A DNA stretch of 63,630 nucleotides, filler included, from Octopus bimaculoides (taxonomy: Eukaryota), in the NCBI RefSeq assembly GCF_001194135.2. It is 8 parts of 8 records of this genome, joined end to end, with 100 filler letters (N's around TTAATTAATTAA, not from the genome) between each part and the next. Parts side by side here need not be neighbours in the genome. Positions count along the whole stretch, not along the records: positions 9,867 to 32,647 come from NC_068995.1; positions 32,748 to 42,790 come from NC_069000.1; 6 more parts are not named here. One strand, written 5' to 3'. The stretch's first letter is position 1; each line of letters starts with the position of its first letter. Both the position numbers and the translations under genes were made by a program. The notes beneath the pieces are model-generated. The model had not been told where the DNA came from and did not search any database. It worked only from the letters and a program-made list of their open reading frames with translations. Positions 23,158 through 34,570 of this stretch are shown here, piece by piece.

Positions 23158-23534
23158 GGAGGTGCAATGGCCCAGTGGTTAGGGCAGCGGACTCGCGGTC
23201 ATAGGATCGCGGTTTCGATTCCCAGACCGGGCGTTGTGAGTGTTTATTGAGCAAAAACACCTAAAGCTCCACGAGGCTCTGGCAGGGGATGGTGGCGAAC
23301 CCTGCTGTACTCTATCACCACAACTTTCTCTCACTCTTACTTCCTGTTTCTGTTGTGCCTGTAATTCAAAGGGTCAGCCTTGTCACACTGTGTCACGCTG
23401 AATATCTCCGAGAACTACGTTAAGGGTACACATGTCTGTGGAGTGCTCAGCCACTTGCACGTTAATTTCACGAGCAGGCTGTTCCGTTGATCGGATCAAC
23501 TGGAACCCCCGATGTCGTAAGCGACGGAGTGCTA
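23158..23534 (+). mobile_element. Full-length tRNA-derived SINE (family C), TSD ACTATCCTACA
   Basis: A box TGGCCCAGTGG, B box GGTTTCGATTCC; TSD at 23145-23155 and 23535-23545; near-identical to the 27979 and 48518 copies. Confidence 0.9.
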
Positions 23535-23667
23535 ACTATCCTACAATCTTTTAGGTTTTTGAGCATGTAACTTACAGGAGCTCAGTTTCAAATCCTGTGT
23601 TTATATATGTATGTCAAACCATCTAACCTATGCCAGTATATGAAAAACAGGTGTTAAATGATGATGA

Positions 23668-23701
<34 letters not shown>

Positions 23702-23974
23702 GTTTGTGTGTGTGTGTGTGTGCATGTGTACCTCAATTTCCATGTATCTTGATTATTCTATGCTTGTTACCACTTGAGCAAAACAGAGATGACATTCTTC
23801 ATTGATTGATCACCCTACACTTCTGAAGACCTCTGGAATAAATAAATGCATCTTTGGGTTGACAACAATAAGAGCATGTAGCCATACAACCCTGCCGAGA
23901 ATAAAACCCTGTGTAACTGATGCTAACATGGAGAAACAAACATTAAACGAGTGAAGGAACATGGGAATATATAT

Positions 23975-24355
23975 GATGAAGCATTACCTATGTGGTTAAG
24001 AAGTTTGCTTCTCAGCCACATCATTTTGGGTTTCATAACACCTTGAGCAAATAAATATCTTCTATAGTCCAAGGCCAGCCAATACCTTGTGAGTGAATTT
24101 GAGACTGTGCTGAAACCTATTATATGTAAATATGTATGTGTGTGCCCGGGAGCATCTTTGCATTTTTTCTCACTGCTTGACAACCAGTGTTGGTTTGTTT
24201 GTGTCTGCACAACACAGGGATTCGGTAAAAAAAAAAGACAATAGAATAAAGAAGAAGTTTAAAATAAGTACTAGGATCAATCTGATCAACTTAACCCTTC
24301 AAAGCAGAGCCCCAGCATAGCCACAGTCCAATGAGTGAAACAACTAAAAGAATAT
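23975..24355 (+). mobile_element. SINE family B (strongly decayed)
   Basis: TGTGGTTAAGAAGTTTGC...CCTTGAGCAA...TGACAACCAGTGTTGG motifs. Confidence 0.55.
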
Positions 24356-24367
24356 GAGAAATAGGGT

Positions 24368-24580
24368 TTAACCCTTTAGTATTCAAACTGTTCTGTCAAA
24401 TGCAATACTTATTTATTGGTTGGAATTGATCATATATTATCTTGTAGCTTTGAGATTTCAATGGTGTAACTGTTTATTTTTAGAATTACAATGTAAGGGA
24501 GGTGTGAGAGGCCAGATCTGGCTAGTTTGAAGAGAAAACAAACAATATTTGGGCCTGATATGGTCAGTTTAAATGTTAAA
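24368..24580. mobile_element. Possible degenerate piggyBac-like MITE
   Basis: TTAA-CCCTTTAG left terminus; a related inverted fragment occurs at about 21115-21170; right end degenerate. Confidence 0.25.
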
Positions 24581-25039
24581 TAATACTTCAGAGAGAATAT
24601 CTAAAATTAGTCTGGCCTAGTTAGAGCCACAAACTATTTCTTGAATCTCAAAGAATTATAATACTGACGGTACTGTAGTACCTCCAATACCAAAAGAATT
24701 AGTGTTATGCCTCCTGAGTTACTCTATCTCATATACAAGAATATAATCCCTGTTAACTAGAATTAAATAAAATAATTGATGTAGCATGTTCAAGAGGTAA
24801 ATTTGACACAGGTTGAGTTCAAGTACCTCTTAAACATATATCTATAATGAAATCCGCTTCAGATACTATTGAAATATGATATATCTTTATTGCCACAAAC
24901 AATCTAACAAATATTGAATCGTGAATTTTATTGTAGATGTTTGTTGTTTATACCGTGTAGTATTTGTGGTTTCGCATTTTTTTAGCACCTTAAAATAAAA
25001 TGTAACCGTCATCTTCAGAAATTTAATGTGTAAATTCAA

Positions 25040-25500
25040 ATGGAAAATGTCGATATTAATGTTCGGCTGACATGCAGTTCAGAGGTTCAAAAAGTGAAAC
25101 TAAAATGACCGGAAATGTCAACGGTAAACACCGATAATTTTCGTGTAAACATTTGATAGTGAAATTAAAGGATTTATTCCACTGTTTCCCTTCGGTTCTT
25201 TCAGTACAGTTCATTAATCCTGCAGGATTATCGCATTGCAGTCTATAATGCGTCGACACGTAAGCCAACGAATCTCTTCACTTCTGTTCGTTGCTAGGTA
25301 TAATAGTACGTTGGAATGATGTAGTGCTATATCTGAAATACGTAAGATATCACAGGAAGGTACTATATAAAGAGGGAGATCTGTTAATAAAATAAAGGGA
25401 TTTCACCAGTTTCCTTCTTGAAATTATAGGATATCACTCACATCACTTCCGGTCAACTTTTATTTTCTTTTAAAAATTCTCAACTGCATTTCATCTTTTT
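25040..25500 (-). promoter_or_regulatory. Candidate promoter/first non-coding exon region of the zinc-finger gene
   Basis: Repeat-free segment where CpG density rises sharply. ETS-like sites CCGGAAAT (about 25111) and CACTTCCGG (25444-25452). Minus-strand donor-like GAT|GTGAGT at 25441-25436. Confidence 0.3.
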
Positions 25501-25514
25501 AAGGACGGTAGCCA

Positions 25515-25830
25515 TGCTGGGTGGGGCATCACTTTGAATTGTTTAGTCGGACAAATCGACCCCAATACATACTCTTTTTAAAAATCTGCTACTTATTCTA
25601 ACGCTGTCTCTTCCCGAACCAGTAAGTTGCGGGGGACGTAAACAAACCTGCACCGGTTGTCAAAGTGGTGTGCACGACGCACACACACACACACACACAT
25701 ATATATGCGACGAGCTTGCATACAATTTCCTTCAACCAAATTTATTCGCAAGGCATTGGACAGTTCGGGACAATAGTGAAAGATATTGCCCAAGGTACCG
25801 CGAAGAGCTATTCCTGCACCTACAAAGTTA
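25515..25830 (-). mobile_element. SINE family B (degenerate)
   Basis: GACGTAAAC...CCGGTTGTCAAG...GCCCAAGG motifs. Confidence 0.55.
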
Positions 25831-26210
25831 GCAGAGCGTAGTTTCGATCGGAGCCTTGGGTTATGAGCTCAGCACACTCCCATTCTATCATTCTGCTAAC
25901 CCAATTTCTTTTTATTTCACTTTTGATTAGATTTTCTGTTAACATATATTTCTTTTGTGCAGAATACTTCTGTAATGTTTTACTATTATATCTGTCTCCG
26001 AGTGGTGGATCAAGAACAAGATGGTTGGATATCCTTAATCTCAGTTGATCACACACAAAAACCCAGCCAGAAAGTCTAACGAAGGTTGCTTCTGATAGAT
26101 TATAAAGAGGAGGTGCCAGATGACGAAATCCACAACCCTCACAAGAATAGTGGGTGGAAAAGATGGGTGGACGTACGGACGGTCACAGGAGTAATGGTAA
26201 AGAAATTGAC

Positions 26211-26365
26211 ACTACTTAAATACAGAGGTCCTGATGCATCTACGTAACAATGTTTTTACAGTGCACACTAGTTAGGGTTAGTTTTTAGGGTTAGGGTTGG
26301 TTAGTGTTAGGGTTGGTTAGGGTTAGGGCTACGTAGATGCGTCGGGACCTCTGTATTTAAGTAGT
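26211..26365. mobile_element. 155-bp MITE with 35-bp TIRs and internal degenerate (TTAGGG)n
   Basis: TIRs 26211-26245 and 26331-26365 match at 33/35 (both differences at CpG); GGTTAGGG-type repeats at about 26270-26328. Confidence 0.7.
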
Positions 26366-26868
26366 ACCAAAAAATTTACCAGAAAGGGGCACAGAATTTG
26401 TGGAGGTGATGAGGGGGGTGTAAAGACATGAATTTCTGAACAAAATAATTCTACAGAAGAAAATAACCACCCAATTCCTTGACCTTTTCCTTTTTCATGG
26501 GGTAAATGGTAATTAATTAGAAAGTCCGTCTATCAGATAGACGAGTGCATACTGCTGAACAACTGTCATAAAGTACAATCATTTTCATAAGTTCTTCTAC
26601 GTGCCAACGAGGGAACCAAACCAGCGAAGAATCCGAATTAGTAGTTAATTCTCCTTTATATTACCGTCTTGAAAGGAAAACCATATTAACCTCTTGTCTC
26701 TTGTACGGAGTAAGGGAACATCAACAGATCATGACAAAGTCAATCATTTGAAAATGGAAACATTAGCAAATCGAACAAGAATCTATAACCTGAAAGTGAT
26801 CAGGGGAGTGTATTTGGTAAGACTGTACTAATCTCTCTATTGGCACAAGTTAGATTGAAAATATAAAC

Positions 26869-27012
26869 CAGGAGTGGCTGTGTGGGAAGAAGCTTGCTTC
26901 CCAACCACATGGTTCCGGATTCAGTCCCACTGCGTGGCACCTTGAGCAAGTATCTTCTACTATAGATAGCATTTGGTAGACGGAAACTGATAGAAGCCCG
27001 TCGTGCGTATAC

Positions 27013-27044
<32 letters not shown>

Positions 27045-27240
27045 ATGTAGGTGTGTGTCCAGCATCACTTGACAACCGATATTGGTGTGTTTACGTCCCC
27101 GAAACTTAGCGGTTCGGCAAAAGCGACTGATAGAATAAGTACTAGGCTTATAAAGAATAAATCCTGGGGTCGATTTCTTCGACTAAAGGCGGTGCTCCAG
27201 CATAGCAGCAGTCAAATGACTGAAACGTGTAAAAGAGTAA
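26869..27240 (+). mobile_element. SINE family B, near full length
   Basis: Head, core, microsatellite and tail all present; CpGs retained. Confidence 0.85.
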
Positions 27241-27849
27241 GACGTGTGAATATGTGGCTGTGAAATGAAGTGAAGTAAGATCAACATTTCGGAACAGGGC
27301 TGTTGTTGCTGGAGAAATATAAGTTTCCTATTTCTCACGACACACTACCATCAATCCACAGTATCAGTAGAATTAATTTGCAAATATGCCTGAGGTTAAC
27401 GCGTCACATATGTTGAATGACAACGAATCTATGTGAAAATAAACAGAAAAACTAAACGGGGGCGAAGCAAGATATTCACAGAAGACCCCGAGAATAAAAA
27501 GAAGAAAAAAAAAACAAAGTGTATAAAAAGGGAAGTATATTTACAATAAGCAAACAGCAGCATAAGACTCGGCTACTGTATCCGGTAGTCAGTGGCAACT
27601 CTATGTGATAAATGTATTAAATTATCTAGAGTTGAGATGGTGTATCTGTTGAAATAATAAACAACGACGTAATCCAAGGAACTTCACTTTGTTACTAGTA
27701 TTGTGATTACGCGTGCGCATTGGAGCGTACTCGAAGCGGTGTCAAGACATAAAGTGTATACTATGAAATATTATTCCTTTTAAAATCTTCGGAATTGCTA
27801 AAGAACCGGACATGATGATGCCTTCCCGTATTTCTTTATTCATATCTCC

Positions 27850-28694
27850 GGTAATCTTCCAGTTTAGGGATGTAAAAAAAGTAAATAAAAATACAAGGGA
27901 AATAACTTAACGTCTTACTAGTATTATCCGTACTACTCTGAAATGTGTTTTTTTTTTAGCTGTTTATAAATAAATCACGGAGGCGCAATGGCCCAGTGGT
28001 TAGGGCAGCGGACTCGCGGTCATAGGATCGCGGTTTCGATTCCTAGACCGGGCGTTGTGAGTGTTTATTGAGCGAAAACACCTAAAGTTCCACGAGGCTC
28101 CGGCAGGGGATGGTGGCGAACCCTGCTGTACTCTTTCACCACAACTTTCTCTCACTCTTACTTCCTGTTTCTGTTGTGCCTGTAATTCAAAGGGTCAGCC
28201 TTGTCACACTGTGTCACGCTGAATATCCCCGAGGACTACGTTAAGGGTACACGTGTCTGTGGAGTGCTCAGCCACTTGCACGTTAATTTCACGAGCAGGC
28301 TGTTCCGTTGATCGGATCAACTGGAACCCTCGACGTCGTAAGCAACGGAGTGCCAACAACAACAACAACAAATAAATCACACACGTGATTGAAGTTAACT
28401 GTTTATATATAAATCACACACGTGATTGAATATCATAGTACCCGCTGCACAACTTATGGTAATCTTCCAGTATAGGGAAATAACGGTCAAACTAAAGCGT
28501 TTGACCCGAGCTCAAAAATTTTTTTTAATAGTGTAATAGGTGTAAAACAACTTGCTGTGAACGAATATGAAGAGAAAAATGCGCGCTCGCGAACGGGTGG
28601 GGTGGGGATAGTACGGATAATACTAGTAAGACGTTAAGTTATTTCCCTTGTATTTTTATTTACTTTTTGTACCTCTCTAAACTAGAAGATTACC
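27850..28694. mobile_element. Mutator-like non-autonomous element (MITE) with 85-bp TIRs and 9-bp TSD
   Basis: TIRs 27850-27934 and 28610-28694 match at 81/85; flanks CATATCTCC (27841-27849) and CATATCTCT (28695-28703); G...C termini. Confidence 0.8.
27979..28369 (+). mobile_element. Full-length tRNA-derived SINE (family C), (AAC)n tail, TSD AAATAAATCAC
   Basis: TSD at 27968-27978 and 28370-28380; nested in a MITE. Confidence 0.92.
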
Positions 28695-28879
28695 CATATC
28701 TCTTATATATTGTGGCTTTGTGTCTACGTATGAACATAGCCGGCTAGAAAAAATAGAGACAAGCCTTTCGTGGTGAAAAATCTTGGCATTTTTAGTAGTA
28801 GTAGTAGTAGTATCAGCAGCAGATAAAGATGCTGTTGTTATATTGCTCAGCCCCAGGCCAACCCTGGTTGAACTGACTT

Positions 28880-28955
28880 CATGATCAAAAGTGCTTAACG
28901 TTTGGTTGTATGGTAAGAAGCATGCTTTCCAACCACATGGTTCAGTCCCACTGCG

Positions 28956-29001
<46 letters not shown>

Positions 29002-29175
29002 GTGTGTGTTTGTCCCCCACCACTGTACAACCGGTTAGTGTGTTTATGTCCTCGTAACTTAGCGGTTCAGCAAAAGAGACTTAAACAGAGTACTGGGGTC
29101 GATTCATTCGATTAAAATTCTTCAAGACGGTGCTCCCAGCATGGCCGCCGTCTAGTGACGGAAACAAGCAAAAAG
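28880..29175 (+). mobile_element. SINE family B with an internal deletion
   Basis: Head joined directly to the microsatellite and tail. Confidence 0.65.
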
Positions 29176-29179
29176 TAAT

Positions 29180-29900
29180 ATACATTATCTTGGATACACT
29201 TGTCATTTGTCCTTTCAAAGATGGTAGAGCTTGATTTGAAGGATATTTGACAACTTTTACACCTAAACTTCCTGGGCTTCAGTTGTTGGGAATGCCAGAT
29301 TTACCAGGATTCTGTTTTGAACAATAATCTGCTCTCTTGCAGAGTCATCAAAAGTATTGTGATGAAAAGTGTTCTCTTCGCTGAGGTTGCCTCTTCACTA
29401 ATCACAAAGCATCTTCTTAGTAAAACCGAAGAGATGGAAATGAAAAGTGTTTACTGCTTAATTTCATTCCTTTCCTCTTCACTTGTGCCATTTTTGTGAA
29501 AAGTTATTACTTCAGCAAGACATCTCGCAGCTCAACACTCCTTTCTTCTTATCCAGAATTTCCATTTTAGCCTGATGGATTTGAGGCCGCGTAATGAATA
29601 TATCTTGAATTCATTGTCGTTTTGTCGTTGGTGTAGGTCAGAACCCTTATAGATGAAAATCTTCAAGTCCGTCCTTTTGGAGTTCTCATACCCCTACTTC
29701 TCGGATCCTCTGGAGATATGCTTCACGAGGTTTAATTGGAAACATAGATTAGGTTTTACAAGTCGGGATGGGAGCCAACTTGCCCCGGTTGTTTTTCTGT
29801 GGTGTCAGCTGACTCTCCAGTTGATATCAAACAATTCAAAATCGTTACCTGGTCTATTCCAGTTTCCATTAGTTAATCTCCAAAGATTTAGGCCTCAGAT
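29180..29900 (-). mobile_element. Decayed HERO-like 5' region
   Basis: Frameshifted RGLKIHQAKM at about 29563-29590 resembles the N-terminal zinc-finger motif of HERO-like ORFs (family assignment from memory). Confidence 0.35.
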
Positions 29901-30019
29901 GCTCTGAGGATATTGGTGATGTTTCGGAGAACGCAGGGGATTTTTACATCTTTCAAATCAGACCTTCTCGCCCAGATAATGCAACCAAATTTGATGACGT
30001 CCCAGCTTGCATTCCAGCT

Positions 30020-30680
30020 GCAACAAACTACAGGTTTGTTCTCTTTATCCAGAGTTACGTGTAGCTTACTTTGAGACTTCAATGATGGAACGTGTGTCTC
30101 ATGATTCTAAGCTCTCTCTATGTGCTTTGCAGACTGGGCGCCCCAGAAGCCCCAGGCAAACCATTTAAGCTGGCTCGTTGTGAGCCCACTAATCTCGGCT
30201 TGTGTACTACTCCACCAACTCTTGATATTTAGCAAGCTTTCCTTGATGACACTTTTCATTGGGCTCTTACCAGGACGCAATCACTTCCCTCCCGATCACC
30301 TACTTGGCGGAATTTGAAATGATCGTGTTTGGACGGAGAGTTATTCGTAAGACGCGATCAGGAAACTTTAGTTGATTTTACTAGATCCACTCTTCGCTGC
30401 CACCTTGGTCTGTGGAGAACAGGTATGGTCTTCTCTGTGGAAAGAGAGCTAATTTCCAGCTTTGGAAAAGGAGGGTGGTTTTCATACCGAAGTGATGTTT
30501 AGTCGATTGACCACTTATATAATTGCTCCGAGCTCCTGGTCATGGCGCTAACGCTAGAGGCTGTCAGCCAACGTTTTGGGGGCATTTGCTGAGGAGTTGT
30601 TAATGGGAACCCCTTCTAGTATATAGAGACTAGGAAGGTGTTTCGTTCATGCTCTATGTGTAAAGGTTTGTCAGGCTTAG
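30020..30680 (-). mobile_element. Decayed HERO/NeSL-like RLE retrotransposon, 3' end
   Basis: Broken frames give RHDQELGAI (about 30540), LKFPDRVLRITLRPN (about 30350), GKLAKYQELVE (about 30225) and LWIKR (about 30047). Confidence 0.6.
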
Positions 30681-30794
30681 TAAGCTGTCGTAGACAACTG
30701 TATCAGGAATTTCATAGGATTTTGGAAATATTAATTGAAAACAAAGCATTAATTAGGAATAAGAGAATATATTCTTAGAAGACTTCCTATAAAT

Positions 30795-31055
30795 ATTATG
30801 TATGTATGTATGTATGTATGTATGTATGTATGTGTGTGTGTGTGTGTATGTATGTATATACGTATGTATGTGTGTGTGTATGTATGTATTTATGTATGTA
30901 TGTGTGTGTATGTATGTATGTATGTATGCATGTATATATGTGTGTGTGTGTATGTATGTATATATGTATGTATGCATGTATGTATGTATGTGGGTGTATG
31001 TGTGTGTGTGTGTGTATGTATGTGTGTATGTCTTTGTGTTCGTGTGTGTGTGTGT
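30795..31055. repeat. (TATG)/(TG)n compound microsatellite
   Basis: Directly visible. Confidence 0.9.
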
Positions 31056-31246
31056 TCGTGCCTCTGTTCACAACCACTGCTTGACAACCGGTGCTGGTGT
31101 GTTTACATCCCTGTAACTGAGCGGTTCGGCCTAAGAGACGGTAGAATAAGTACCAGACTTTAAAAGAATAAGGACTTGCATCGATTCATTCGACTAAAAT
31201 TCTTCATGGCGGTGCTCCAGCATGGCCACAATCTAATGATTGAAAC

Positions 31247-31250
<4 letters not shown>
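31040..31250 (+). mobile_element. SINE family B, 3' half
   Basis: TTGACAACCGGTGCTGGTGTGTTTAC...GGTGCTCCAGCATGGCC. Confidence 0.7.
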
Positions 31251-31294
<44 letters not shown>

Positions 31295-31779
31295 TTAGAT
31301 AGATAGATGTGTGTGTGTGTGCGCGCGGGCGCGAGTACGTGTGAGTATTTCAGTGCACAACCTGAATTACGCAAAAATCGATAGTTATCTCCCCTATATT
31401 ACAATAGCTAACAAAGATTAAATGTTGACGAAACAACTTACAGACCGAATAAATTAATAAACAAATGAATGAATAAATAAAGGAATGAATAAATAAGACC
31501 GTTCTGTCGTTTTGAGGACTGCATATAGCAAGAAAACACCGAGTTTTGAAGTTTAAAGGATGAACTTCGAACGAATAAATGATCTGTAAACAACAAGTAA
31601 GGGAGATAAGCACTAATATATCGCGTATTTTGAATTTTTACGCCAGACAGGATGTTTATCGATATCTTTTGGTGTGTTCAGTACATTGCAAGTATTGAAA
31701 CCAGCATTCCGATCTAAGAATTACTTCCTCCTGTCTTCTCATCTGTCTCAGAAGCCTTCATAAGGGTCATCGACACTAC

Positions 31780-32325
31780 CGTTTCAAATTTTGGCACAAG
31801 GACAGAAATTTCGGAGAAGTAAATAAGTAAATTATCGATAAATCGATCTCAGCGTACTTATTTAATCGACCCCAAAAACATGAAAGACAAAGTCGCACAC
31901 GGCGGAATCTAAATTCAGAACGTAAGGCGCACGAAATGCTACTAAACATCTTGCCTGTCGTGCTAACAATTCTGCCTTCTCGCTACCTTTTTTAGGCCAT
32001 TGAATATTGGTTTCAAATTTTGACAAAAGGCCAGCAATTTCAGGGGAGTCGTTTAAATCGATTACATCGAGCCCAGTGTGCTAACGGTTCTGCCAGCTAA
32101 ACCACCAAATATTCGTTTCTAATCTAGGCACAAGGCCCGAAACTTTGGGGGAGGGGGCCAATCGATCAGATTGATCCTCAGTACGCAACTGGTACTTAAT
32201 TTATTGACTACGAAACTATGAAAGGCAAAGTCGACCTCAGCGGAATTTGAACTCAGGACGTAAAAACAGACGAAATACCACTAATCATTTCGCGTGCTAA
32301 CATTTCTGACAGCTTGCCGCCTTAA
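31780..32325 (-). mobile_element. Cluster of SINE family A copies (about 31780-31990, 32010-32100, 32112-32325)
   Basis: Reverse-complement body and head motifs. Confidence 0.7.
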
Positions 32326-32607
32326 AACCACCAAATATTAACAGACGTTTATTATTTTAAATGTAGCGTAAAAGTAATCAATTAAACTCCCAATCTTCAG
32401 TGATACGAATGTACAAATATCATAATGAGAACAATTTGGTCCTAAAATAACGAGACCAGAAGATTCTGTTTTTATGACGTTAAGATACTGGCTGCTACTT
32501 TTAAGTTGCCGATAGGAAGAGAGGCGAGAAGAGTAACCTCCCTTAAATTTATGCCGTATTTCCAAATTGTTCGTCTTTAAATGACTGTCTTTAAAGTATG
32601 AGCAACA

Positions 32608-32647
<40 letters not shown>

Positions 32648-33254
32648 NNNNNNNNNNNNNNNNNNNNNNNNNNNNNNNNNNNNNNNNNNNNTTAATTAAT
32701 TAANNNNNNNNNNNNNNNNNNNNNNNNNNNNNNNNNNNNNNNNNNNNATACGTACATACAAATACATACATGTGTGCACAACAACAGCATCAACATCATC
32801 AGCAACAACAACACCAACCACAATAACAACAGCCCTTATATACACCTAACAACAGAATATACAGATGCAATATAACATAACCCTCTACACCTAACATCTA
32901 AACTCACTTGTAAGGTGTACATGTGGGCATCTCGCCTGTCAATATGCGTAGTTATGTGCAGCAAAAATGCCACATATATGCACATACTTACATATATCGT
33001 TTGATATAGAATTAGTACTGCAGCTTCAGTCCAGGCTGCAGTGCAGTAGGAAATGTATGAATAGGGTCTAATTCCATTGAGTTAAGTGCAGCTGATTGCT
33101 TAACAGGCTAAATGGTGCATTAGCTACATCAGTTATACAGTTTTGTCTGCAGCAATAGTAATTTCAATGGGAAATAGAGTTATGTAATGCTGTAACAAAT
33201 GGTTGTGTATGTATAATTATGCCTCATGTAATCAGGACAAATTTACTTCATCTG

Positions 33255-33520
33255 TTGGTGGTGATAATGATAGCGGTGGAGGAGGTGGTAGGTGGTGGTG
33301 GTGGTGGTGGTGGTGGTGGGAGGTGTATAGGTAATATAGGTGATGATGATGATGATGATAACGATGGTGGAGACAGTGTTGTTGGTGGTGGTGGTGGTAG
33401 TATTGTTGTTGATGTTGATGGTGTGTGGTGGTAGCAAGGCTAGTGTGAGTGCCGGTGATGACAATGATGACGATGATGATGATGATAGTGTTGGTGGTGG
33501 CAATGATAATAGTGGTGGTG

Positions 33521-33557
<37 letters not shown>

Positions 33558-33905
33558 AAAGATGGTCTGACGATGGTGGTGGTGGTGTTGGTGTGGTGGT
33601 GAGCATGATGGTGGTGTACTTGATGTTGTCATTGCTGTTACTGTTGATGTTGATGGTAGTAGTAGTAAGGTATTAATGTTGGTGATGATGATGATGATGA
33701 TGATGCCAGTGGTGGCAATGATGGTGTTGGTGATGGTGATGATGGTGGTGGTTCTGATGATAATGCTGCTCCTATTCGTGGTGGTGGTGGTGGTGATGGT
33801 ATTGGTAACTGTAATGATGATGGAGGTATTGGTGGAGGCGATGATAGTGATGATGTTAGTGACAGTGATGATGGTGGTGGTGGTGGTGGTGGTGGTGTTG
33901 TTATT
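33255..33905. repeat. Long degenerate (GGT/GAT/GTT)n trinucleotide tract
   Basis: Directly visible. Confidence 0.9.
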
Positions 33906-33919
33906 GTCATTGTCATTCT

Positions 33920-34200
33920 GGCGTTCTGTCGGTTATGATGACAAGTGTTCCAGGTGATCCAATCAGCTGAACAGCCTACTCATGAAATTCCCGAGCATGT
34001 TGCTGAGAACTCCACAGTCACACATACACAGATTCAGTGTGACAGGGCTGATCCCTTTGAATTACCGGTACTCCTCATTTTTGCCTGCTGTGTGGACTGG
34101 AACAATGTGAAACAAAGTCTTGCTCAAGGATATAACATGCTGCCAAGAATTGAACTCACAACCTTATGATTGTGAACCGATTACCCTAACCACAAAGCCA
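33920..34200 (-). mobile_element. tRNA-derived SINE (D-type head, tail shared with family C), decayed
   Basis: CTTGCTCAAGG core; GAACAGCCT..TGAAATT and CCCTTTGAATTAC tail motifs. Confidence 0.55.
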
Positions 34201-34570
34201 TATACCTTCACTTTATTGTTATCATTACTGATAATATTGGTATCTATGTTGATAGTGATGGTCATTTCTGGTGTTAGTGCTGCCCTTGGTGGTTGTGGTG
34301 GTGTTGGTGTTGGTGTTGGTGGTCTTGGTTTCATTGTTGCTGTTATGGTTGTGTCAGTGGTAGAGTTATTGTTGTTGCTGGTGAAAATGCTGCTGCTGTT
34401 GTTGATAGTGATGATGACAAAGATGGTATTGGTGCCTCTGTATTGTAAGTGGTGACACCGCAAGCTGGTAGAAAAGTTAGCACGCTGGACAAAATGCTTC
34501 GCAGCATTCTGCCTGGCCTGCAAAGGAGACAACCAGCTCACTGCCTTATAATGATAATTCTTTCTGCTAC

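Noticed and set aside
23158-23230. tRNA gene-like sequences (also 12409, 13411, 27979, 48518)
   Set aside because: A and B boxes are present but there is no closed acceptor stem, and each continues into a SINE body.
26270-26328. True telomere or chromosome-fusion scar
   Set aside because: The tract is short, degenerate and enclosed by TIRs.
33219-33957. His-, Thr-, Val- or Met-rich ORFs here and at 3046-3327, 30753-31163, 36057-37673, 52138-53408 and 61784-63630
   Set aside because: These are translations of simple repeats or N-runs with no domain signal.
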